Made by a program: the position numbers and the translations under genes. The notes under the pieces were generated by a model that had not been told where the DNA came from, searched no databases, and saw only the letters and a program-made list of their open reading frames with translations. Positions 6,703 to 13,525 of a DNA stretch of 13,525 nt are shown here, piece by piece. The stretch is taken from positions 1 through 13,525 of the forward strand of contig JBKHHG010000020.1 of the NCBI GenBank assembly GCA_046539225.1, in the 5' to 3' direction. Within the stretch, counting starts at the first letter, position 1; each line of letters starts with the position of its first letter. Origin of the DNA: Candidatus Nanohaloarchaea archaeon (GTDB lineage Archaea > Nanohalarchaeota > Nanosalinia > Nanosalinales > Nanosalinaceae).

Positions 6703-7971
6703 ATGGCCTTTAAGAAGTCCATCGAATGGCTGTTTTTTATCACGATCTCGACGCTTTTACTGTTCAGAGGAATGTGGAACGGTTTTGGTACAGTTTCATA
6801 CTCGTTGAATCTTTTTTCAGTGGCTATAGATGTTATACTGCTTGATGCAATTTCATCTAACATTTTATTTACTCTGTTTATGTTGTTGGGCGGAGGCCTT
6901 CTCTTCCGGGAAGTCAACTCGAGGAAAAAGAGTAAGGAGCTTGTTTCAGGCCCTCTCATAGAAGCCATAGTACCTGTTTATAATGACGCAGAGGTTTTAT
7001 CTAACAGCGTTGATAGCCTTAATGATTCCGGCTATCAGGATCTTAGAATTAATGTGGTCTGTGAGGAAGAAGATGAGGAAAGTATTGAAGCAGCAGAGAA
7101 ACTGGACTGCGAACTAATTATCAATGACTATCCTGGGTCTAAAGCAGGAGCCATAAACACTGTTTTTGAGAGACGGGACTCAGAGTACTTCGCGATATTT
7201 GATGCAGATGAGTTGGTGCACAAGGATTTCCTGCCAAAGGCTATGGGCTACCTAGAAGAGGGCTACCAGGGTTTCCAGGGAAGGCGAGTGCCGATCCCTT
7301 CAGGCCTTATAGAAAAATTTGCTTACTGTGAGAGAGCCCTGTTCCATACCGCATACAAGATTTCCGAGTTCAGCGGATTCAGAAACCTGAGGAGTTCATC
7401 CACAGTTATGAAACGAGAAGTCTGGGAAACCGTAGGAGGATATGAAGACCTACTGACCGAAGACCTTGACTTCCCACATAAATGCTACCGGCATGGAATC
7501 CGTATCAAACAGGATAGAAGATGCACAAACCTAATGGAAGCCCCACATTCCACCAAGGACTTCTGGGGCCAGAGAAAGAGATGGAGCATGGGCCAGATCC
7601 AGATACTCCACAAGGCCTTAAAAGGAGGATACTCCAAGAACTTCACAGTCAGAGGAATGGTCTCAAACTTCAGGATAGTGATGGGTATCCTAGTTCCATT
7701 ACTGATGCTAGGCCTCTTATCAAAGTTTATTATCTTAACTTTGCTAGGCCTAGAGACATTCTACTTGATGCCTGTAATCGCCACATCATTATTAGCCCTA
7801 ATACTATCTTTCAAAGACATTAAACGTCACCCAATCAAATTCATAGGACTTTACTCGATCTTAACCAACCTGGCAGTACCTATAACCGCCCTCTTAAACA
7901 TTAAATCCTTCTTCGAATACATAATAAGCTGGAACGGTGATTGGTACGAAGTCGACAAAAAGGGAGAGTAA
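6703..7971 (+). CDS. Processive GT2 glycosyltransferase (cellulose synthase/PgaC-like), integral membrane
   Basis: IVPVYND, SKAGAIN, FDAD (DxD), TEDLD and QRKRW (QxxRW) motifs, with N- and C-terminal TM helices. Confidence 0.93.
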   Translation: MAFKKSIEWLFFITISTLLLFRGMWNGFGTVSYSLNLFSVAIDVILLDAISSNILFTLFMLLGGGLLFREVNSRKKSKELVSGPLIEAIVPVYNDAEVLSNSVDSLNDSGYQDLRINVVCEEEDEESIEAAEKLDCELIINDYPGSKAGAINTVFERRDSEYFAIFDADELVHKDFLPKAMGYLEEGYQGFQGRRVPIPSGLIEKFAYCERALFHTAYKISEFSGFRNLRSSSTVMKREVWETVGGYEDLLTEDLDFPHKCYRHGIRIKQDRRCTNLMEAPHSTKDFWGQRKRWSMGQIQILHKALKGGYSKNFTVRGMVSNFRIVMGILVPLLMLGLLSKFIILTLLGLETFYLMPVIATSLLALILSFKDIKRHPIKFIGLYSILTNLAVPITALLNIKSFFEYIISWNGDWYEVDKKGE

Positions 7972-7998
7972 AATAAACTTCAGGCCTATATGATAAAT

Positions 7999-9177
7999 AT
8001 GAACTTTGTAATCATAGGAGATGGAGTAGCAGGAGCGACCGCCGCAGAAAAGTTAAGGAAAGAGGATGAAGAGGCCTCAATCAAAGTCTTCACAGAGGAA
8101 TCAGAGCCGCTCTACAACCGCATCATGCTCAAAAGCTACATGAAAGGCGAGCTACCCGGCAAAAAATTCGCCAGGATGCACGACAAGGCCTGGTACGAAA
8201 AAAAAGATATAGAACTCTTCCTTGAAACCAGAGTAACCGACGTAAACCGTGAAGAAAACACCGTAAAGACAGAAAAAGGCGGAAAACACTCCTACGACAA
8301 GCTGCTGATCGCTACAGGAGGATCACCCAGAAAACATCCTCTCGACGAAAACTACGAAAACGTTGAGTACATGTGGAGCATTGAAAGCTCTGAGAAAGTC
8401 AAGGAATCGGCAGAAAGCTCTGAGAAAGCCGTGGTAATCGGGGGAGGCCTACTGGGGATAGATTTAGCCGTTACATACGCAGCACATGACTGTGAAACAT
8501 CCTATCTTATCAGAGCGGATAAGTGGTGGCACAGAGGCCTCTCAAAAAAGGGAGCGGAGATAATACATCAAAAACTTGAAGAAAAAGGTGTTAACGTTGA
8601 AACAGGTACGGAGGCCTCGAAATTCGTAGGAGAAGAAAAAGTTGAGAAAGTAATAGCAGGGGAAAAAGAGTATGAATGCGATGCTGTCGGAATAGCTATA
8701 GGCCAGACCCCTAACTCGGGTTTAGTGGGTGTAGAGAAAGATGAAGCGATGATAAAGACCGATGAATTTCTTCAGACCTCGGACCCGGACATCTATGCCG
8801 CAGGCAACATGGTAAAGTATTACTCTCCTGTACTTGAAAGGGAAACTGTCAAAGGAGCCTGGGATCACAGCGAGGCGATGGGAGAATGCGCCGCTGAAAA
8901 CATGACCGGCGATCAGAGGCCTTTCACATTTGTAAACACCTATGGCGTCGGCCATTTCGACACGCAGTTCCTGGCGATCGGCGACTGGACCGGCGAATCT
9001 ATCTCGAGAAAGTATTCAGAGAATGAATACAGAAGATTGTTCTTCAAAGATGACAGGCCTGTCGGCGCAGTGATGATCGGATTCACCAAAGGCCAGGAAC
9101 GAATCAAAGAAATGATCAGGGAAAAAGAAGAGATCGAGGATCGAGAGGCCTTGCTGAAGAAGAGTTTCTGGAGTTAG
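7999..9177 (+). CDS. FAD/NAD(P)H-dependent oxidoreductase (pyridine nucleotide-disulfide family; rubredoxin/ferredoxin reductase-like)
   Basis: FVIIGDGVAG (FAD Rossmann), EPLYNRIMLK, YDKLLIATGG, VVIGGGLLG (NAD Rossmann), TDEFLQTSDPDIYAAG. Start placed at 7999 (alternative 7990); TAAAATAAA lies 22-30 nt upstream of 7999. Confidence 0.92.
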   Translation: MNFVIIGDGVAGATAAEKLRKEDEEASIKVFTEESEPLYNRIMLKSYMKGELPGKKFARMHDKAWYEKKDIELFLETRVTDVNREENTVKTEKGGKHSYDKLLIATGGSPRKHPLDENYENVEYMWSIESSEKVKESAESSEKAVVIGGGLLGIDLAVTYAAHDCETSYLIRADKWWHRGLSKKGAEIIHQKLEEKGVNVETGTEASKFVGEEKVEKVIAGEKEYECDAVGIAIGQTPNSGLVGVEKDEAMIKTDEFLQTSDPDIYAAGNMVKYYSPVLERETVKGAWDHSEAMGECAAENMTGDQRPFTFVNTYGVGHFDTQFLAIGDWTGESISRKYSENEYRRLFFKDDRPVGAVMIGFTKGQERIKEMIREKEEIEDREALLKKSFWS

Positions 9178-9179
9178 TA

Positions 9180-9875
9180 CTAATAGATCTGTTGGAAAGT
9201 TGCTATCATTTCTTCTTCATCTATCTGTAGGTAGTGTCCGTCCATTAAAGCTCCGTTTGTCAGGATATGTAGAGAACCTGAATTAAGCCGATATTCTTCA
9301 CCAGAATCAGGAAGATTAAATCTTATCGTATCATCATCTTTATTGCGTGTTGCATGTTCTGTATAATGCTCATGGCCTCTTATCATTATTTCGTATCCTT
9401 CTCTATCCATTCTATCAAAGTTATCGTCGAAATGATCTTCTTCCCACAGTCTATAGATAAAAGGCTTTATCTCATCCGGAATATCCTTGTTCCTCACTAA
9501 CCCTGTTAACCCCGCATGGGCCAAAACTCCTTTTCTCCCTCCTATTTCAAACTCAGCTATTGGTTTTTGAGTTATGCTTTCAAGATACTCTCTGGCTTCC
9601 TGATCGTTCTCAAGATCTCTTAACAGTTCTCCGGGAGTCTTTGATGTCCTTGAAGTCACCTTATAATCTTCTATCAAGGCCTTATCATGGTTTCCTCCTA
9701 CGTCCACCACGTTTTCTTCTCCAAACCGTTCTCTAAAATCCAGAAATTCATTTATAGACTCTACAGTATCAAAATCCCCTAAAGAGAATAACCGGTCTTC
9801 AGAAGCAGGGTCCTTCTCCTCCAAGAATGTCTGAATACTGGCCCCATGGTAATCCCCGATGACAAATACTGTCAT
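9180..9875 (-). CDS. Calcineurin-like metallophosphoesterase (PPP/YfcE-like)
   Basis: Five metal-binding motifs: IGDYHG, LGDFD, GGNHD, AHAG, RGHEH. The ATG at 9875 overlaps the upstream TGA (ATGA). Confidence 0.92.
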   Translation of the reverse strand: MTVFVIGDYHGASIQTFLEEKDPASEDRLFSLGDFDTVESINEFLDFRERFGEENVVDVGGNHDKALIEDYKVTSRTSKTPGELLRDLENDQEAREYLESITQKPIAEFEIGGRKGVLAHAGLTGLVRNKDIPDEIKPFIYRLWEEDHFDDNFDRMDREGYEIMIRGHEHYTEHATRNKDDDTIRFNLPDSGEEYRLNSGSLHILTNGALMDGHYLQIDEEEMIATFQQIY

Positions 9876-10594
9876 GGATAATACCACCCATCTATCATCT
9901 CGGGTACAAATCCTTTTTCCTCATATACTCTATCTTGTATTACCTCTGAATGATCTGCAACTCTATCCTTAACTTCTTCAATACCTCTATCATACTCTTT
10001 ATGTAGGCCAGCTGAAAGTTTCGCATACATTAAAGCCATGCCATAGGCAACGTCGCCGTTGGTACTGCGGTCTTCGTGTAGAGGCCAGTCTTTGATGGCT
10101 TCACGGTCCTCAAAATCGATGTACTTCAAACCATCTCCATATCTATGAACTGCTTCTGTCTTAAAGTCATCGAGGATCTGCCCTGAATCCACCAAACTAT
10201 CTACAAACTCCGTAACTTCCTCAGTAGCCTTTTCATAGCACGTACCATCCACAATACTTTCATCCGATTTCTCCTGAATTACTAAAGCAGCGTCTTCTTG
10301 CTTCACGAGAAGTTGAGGATTCTCAATCTCAGTAGTATCACATACAATAGGAGCCGAAGCCGGAAAATACTCTGAATGAACTCTTTCTATTCGATTCCTG
10401 ATATTCTCAATTTGCTCGCCCGAAAATACTTTAACTACAGCATCTTCCATAACTTCTGGATTATAGAACACTGCACTCCAGTTCCCGATCCCTATATTAT
10501 CTCCATTCTCCAAAACCTCATGAACAGGACCCCAGCCCCGTTCACAGTCCTCCATCAGTTCATCAGCCCTTGACTCAATAGGCCTTGTATCCAT
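9872..10594 (-). CDS. Protein-kinase-like fold protein (divergent; possibly a pseudokinase)
   Basis: Motifs in kinase order: Gly loop IGIGNWSAVF, beta3 AVVKVF, hinge LVIQEK, catalytic loop LDDFKTEA (DxKxxN-like), KYIDFE (DFG-like). Confidence 0.6.
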   Translation of the reverse strand: MDTRPIESRADELMEDCERGWGPVHEVLENGDNIGIGNWSAVFYNPEVMEDAVVKVFSGEQIENIRNRIERVHSEYFPASAPIVCDTTEIENPQLLVKQEDAALVIQEKSDESIVDGTCYEKATEEVTEFVDSLVDSGQILDDFKTEAVHRYGDGLKYIDFEDREAIKDWPLHEDRSTNGDVAYGMALMYAKLSAGLHKEYDRGIEEVKDRVADHSEVIQDRVYEEKGFVPEMIDGWYYP

Positions 10595-10632
10595 AACAAG
10601 AATATTGTTACCAATAAGTTATAACAGTTTTG
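10594..10632 (-). promoter_or_regulatory. BRE-TATA promoter (AAAACTGTTATAA) with an operator-like inverted repeat over the start
   Basis: TTATAA at 10619-10624, 25-30 nt upstream of ATG 10594; TAACAA-N5-TTGTTA at 10594-10610. Confidence 0.6.
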
Positions 10633-10645
10633 GTGTTCTGTCCAG

Positions 10646-11632
10646 TCATTTATTCTCCACTTCTTCCAGGACTTCAAGCGCATCCGGAGAAACGAGGGCG
10701 AGGTCTTGCCAGTCTTTGGTCATTCTGGGGCAGGCGCAGTTGACGTAGATGTCGATGCCGTAGCCTTTGTAGTCGCTTTCGAATATTCGGTCTTCTACGA
10801 AGATATAAACGTCTTTGCCGTGTTCTTCGAGTTTTTCCTTGGCGATCTGTACGGCTCGCATGTAGTTCTGGCCTTTCTTACTCGAGGTGACGATCCCCCA
10901 TTTTTCTTTGTCTTTGTGTTTGATGACGCGGGCGTGCTCGGCCCTGGTTTCGTCGTCGAGGCTGTTCGCTGGTTCTATCCATATATGCTCTTCATAGGGA
11001 TCGACGACGTAGACTTTTTTCCCTGTTTCGCTTACCTGTGAGGGGTGGAAATGTCCTGAGCCGAGGAATACGAACGCATCGACCTTCTCCGCGATGTTGT
11101 GAGCCGCTCCGGCATCACATCCGAGTACCTGGCCTGGCTCCGTTGTTCTTAACCCGGTTTTGCCTTCGACGACCTCGTATCCTTCGTCTTCAAGGAATTC
11201 GCGGGCTTCTTCGGCTCTATCCATGTACTGTGTGACGCCGACCAGGCCGATTTTTTCTTCTTCGATTTCCTCGTAGTGTTCTTTCAGGGTTGGCATGATT
11301 TCCCGGTCTTCACGGTACGGAAGGTAGTAGACGTCTTCGTCGTCCATTTCCTGGCCTTCCGGATGGAGGAACCGTGTGTGGCCGACATGGATCAGTGCTT
11401 CCGCCCCCATTCTCGAGGCTTTTTCGTCTGCGATTCCGCAGGCTCCGAAGGTTGAAGCCCCGATCATAACCGGTTCTATTCTTTTTTCCCGGAGTCTATC
11501 AGCGTATTCTATTAGTTCAGGTTTGATGCCGTCAGGGCCTTGTAAGGCTACTTTCTCGTACTTTCCCTCTATTTCTTCGAGTATTTGGTCGAGGGTTTCG
11601 TAGTTCCACTGGCTGCGGTTTTCCTCTGTCAT
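10646..11632 (-). CDS. dph2: Diphthamide biosynthesis enzyme Dph2 (2-(3-amino-3-carboxypropyl)histidine synthase)
   Basis: ALQGPDGIK, TFGACGIAD, IHVGH, GQVLGCD, GSGHFHP, KKGQ, ACPR; the three Cys ligands of the [4Fe-4S] cluster are present. Confidence 0.95.
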   Translation of the reverse strand: MTEENRSQWNYETLDQILEEIEGKYEKVALQGPDGIKPELIEYADRLREKRIEPVMIGASTFGACGIADEKASRMGAEALIHVGHTRFLHPEGQEMDDEDVYYLPYREDREIMPTLKEHYEEIEEEKIGLVGVTQYMDRAEEAREFLEDEGYEVVEGKTGLRTTEPGQVLGCDAGAAHNIAEKVDAFVFLGSGHFHPSQVSETGKKVYVVDPYEEHIWIEPANSLDDETRAEHARVIKHKDKEKWGIVTSSKKGQNYMRAVQIAKEKLEEHGKDVYIFVEDRIFESDYKGYGIDIYVNCACPRMTKDWQDLALVSPDALEVLEEVENK

Positions 11633-11661
11633 AGAGAAATTTTAGGCCTAAAGCTTTTTAC

Positions 11662-13014
11662 CTAATCGAGTTGCCTCAGCTTCTCCAGAATAAAGCTTCT
11701 CTCGGCTTTTCCCAGGGCTTCTTCGAACTCCCCGATCCTGTGTTCAGGGACGCCGAGGGAGAAACCGTTTTCCACGACCGCTTTCAAGGCCTCTCTGTCC
11801 GGATGATCGAGTAAAACAGTTAGATCGCCTGAAACATAATCCAGGGATTCAGGCAAGGCCTCAGAGTCGAGCATCCTGCCATCCAGGATCGCTGAGTCGC
11901 CTTCAAAACTGAAGACTTCGGCGTAATCTTTGAGGTAGGCCTGGCCTGGTTCAAAACCAGACTCCAGTTCCGATATGCTGTATAAAGGCGTTGCCGCCCC
12001 GGAAACAGAGGCCTGAACCTCTTTCCTTCCCTGTTTTTCTTCACCGAAGCTGTCGCCTTCTTCAACGCTTTCACACGAAAACGCGGCGGCTTTCCCGGCT
12101 TCACGGGCTTTCCTGGCATCGTTTGAGGTATATCCTCCTTTCCGGGTTACAAGAGCGTTTCGGTACTCTTCCGGAGGCAGTGTCTCATCTGAAAGCTTTA
12201 TGTCTTTTCCTACGGTGCCTTCGACTCTTTCAGGGGTTACCTGTACGTATTCGAGGCTCTGGGAGTAGCGTTCTGCTTCAAACCTGTCGACTATGTAGAA
12301 TGATCCTCTCTTGTAGACGAACTTTACGGATTCATCGGTTTCCTGCGAAAGATTTTCAAGCTCTGAGGCCTCGAAAGGCCTCTCCGGCTCGATCCTTCTC
12401 TGCCTGAACTCGCCGGTCATCGGGTTTCTCGTGACTTTCAGCTGCCTCTCCGGTATCCGGGCCTCGATCTCTTCGCCGATCGAGAACATTGTCGGAACAG
12501 TAGTCCCCTCTTCCAGTGCGATTCCAAGGCCTTCAACCGCTTCAACATAGTCTTCATCTCCTTTAATCAGCGCACCGGTATAGTCAGGCTCTATCATTTT
12601 CTGCACAAGCATATTGGGATAGTTTTCGCCGCCTTCTTCAAAGTAAGAGGCCGCAACTGTCTTCAATGCGTCTTCAATATCTGCCTTGCCGACGTCGAGC
12701 TCGAAATCGGCGTCTGACCTGTCTGAGATTCTTACAGATACTCGAGTGCTGTTTCTCTGGCCTCCAACCAGGTTTCTGGCTCTTGAAGACGCGTTCCTGA
12801 CCTCTGAGCTCATGCCTACATCGTCGTAGGCCTCTTTCACGTTTTCAATATCTATGGATTTGTTGAGAACCTCTTGAGGGTCCCTGGAGTGAAATATCTG
12901 CTCTACCTCCTCAGAAGTTACGACGAAAAAGTTCGGTACCTCGAGGTTTGCGTTGTCAAGGTTGTAGGCCTTTTCCCCATGCCTTCTCTCTATCTCTCCT
13001 TTCCATACTACCAT
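11662..13014 (-). CDS. Degenerate PEP synthase / pyruvate,water dikinase-like protein
   Basis: GEKAYNL, VPNFFVVT, VSVR, LVQKMI, EAVEGLG (ATP-grasp domain) and ALVTRKGGYTSNDARKAREAG (swivel domain; the canonical TSH reads TSN). At 450 aa it is far shorter than PpsA (~750-800 aa). Confidence 0.8.
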   Translation of the reverse strand: MVVWKGEIERRHGEKAYNLDNANLEVPNFFVVTSEEVEQIFHSRDPQEVLNKSIDIENVKEAYDDVGMSSEVRNASSRARNLVGGQRNSTRVSVRISDRSDADFELDVGKADIEDALKTVAASYFEEGGENYPNMLVQKMIEPDYTGALIKGDEDYVEAVEGLGIALEEGTTVPTMFSIGEEIEARIPERQLKVTRNPMTGEFRQRRIEPERPFEASELENLSQETDESVKFVYKRGSFYIVDRFEAERYSQSLEYVQVTPERVEGTVGKDIKLSDETLPPEEYRNALVTRKGGYTSNDARKAREAGKAAAFSCESVEEGDSFGEEKQGRKEVQASVSGAATPLYSISELESGFEPGQAYLKDYAEVFSFEGDSAILDGRMLDSEALPESLDYVSGDLTVLLDHPDREALKAVVENGFSLGVPEHRIGEFEEALGKAERSFILEKLRQLD

Positions 13015-13046
13015 GTAGTAATGTTAGTTGAAGACAATAAAAGAAT

Positions 13047-13525
13047 TTACTGCTCCATCTTGACCCTGCAGCTTACAGGCATCTTGTGAGTTGCGCGTTC
13101 CAAGGCCTTCCTGGCTTCCGGAACGTCGCCTTCATCGACTTCTACCCTGTAAACGGTCTGGTGGTCGTCGACAAGCGCTGCTCTCCCGATAGGCCTTCCA
13201 AACGGCTTCCTCATGCCTTCATAGTAACGGTCTGCCTGCGCGATTCCCGCTAACGGGTGGTAACGCAGAACGTGGTGCGGGTAAGGCCTGATTTCGAGGA
13301 AGTAGTCTTCTTCTACCTCGAGCTCTTTGCTGAGATAGGAGTTTGCCGCGATTCTTCCTGACTCCAGGGCTTCGCTTCTGATTCCGCAGCCTTCTTCAAC
13401 TACAAGCTTTACCGCTGTGTCGAAGTCTCCGTCTTCCACGCCCATACGGTACTGTGTGACTCGTGGAGCTGGAGCTCCCTTGATAAAGTTATCGCTCTTC
13501 TTCTGGCTCTGCCTGGTGTAAGGCT
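13047..13525 (-). CDS. rpl10e: Large ribosomal subunit protein uL16 (L10e), N-terminus beyond window end
   Basis: Frame is open to the window edge: PYTRQSQKKSDNFIKGAPAPRVTQYRMG...IRSEALESGRIAAN...RPYPHHVLRYH...ADRYYEGMRKPFGRPIGRAA...ALERATHKMP. Confidence 0.96.
   Translation of the reverse strand, partial: PYTRQSQKKSDNFIKGAPAPRVTQYRMGVEDGDFDTAVKLVVEEGCGIRSEALESGRIAANSYLSKELEVEEDYFLEIRPYPHHVLRYHPLAGIAQADRYYEGMRKPFGRPIGRAALVDDHQTVYRVEVDEGDVPEARKALERATHKMPVSCRVKMEQ

Larger units (their letters stand above)
183..13289. repeat. Dispersed highly iterated palindrome AGGCCT (~68 copies)
   Basis: Hand count of about 68 copies from 183 to 13284, versus about 3.3 expected at equal base frequencies (13525/4096). 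Confidence 0.92.

Noticed and set aside
160..13089. Short alternative-frame and antisense ORFs (e.g. 160-351, 377-592, 2318-2668, 4859-5455, 6630-6968, 10706-11041, 11991-12407)
   Set aside because: They overlap well-supported genes, have Ser/Phe/Arg-rich shadow compositions unlike the acidic proteome, and show no recognisable motifs.
183..13289. AGGCCT copies as a CRISPR array, REP or MITE family
   Set aside because: The shared core is only 6 bp, flanks are not conserved beyond an apparent purine/pyrimidine preference, spacing is irregular and most copies lie inside coding sequence.

Overview
Compact archaeal genomic segment with very short intergenic spacers, TATA-like boxes ~20-30 nt upstream of several start codons and a strongly Glu/Asp-rich proteome at moderate GC (roughly 45-48% by eye). 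This best fits an extremely halophilic DPANN archaeon (Nanohaloarchaeota-like; inference). Gene content in order: a partial secreted protein, a PKD/Ig-like surface protein, rtcB, archease, a cytidylate kinase-like NMP kinase, two winged-helix proteins (one with an internal 273-nt duplication), tRNA-Asp(GTC), a PAP2 phosphatase divergent from a processive GT2 glycosyltransferase, an FAD/NAD(P)H oxidoreductase, a metallophosphoesterase translationally coupled to a protein-kinase-like ORF, dph2, a degenerate PEP-synthase-like protein lacking its phosphocarrier His, and partial rpl10e (uL16). The strongest unexplained signal is the palindrome AGGCCT: about 68 copies by hand count (about 1 per 200 bp versus about 3 expected), found in all three reading frames and in intergenic DNA, resembling a HIP1-type highly iterated palindrome. 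The second best lead is the kinase-like/phosphatase two-gene module, which has its own promoter and an operator-like palindrome and sits in a motif-poor, more AT-rich stretch.
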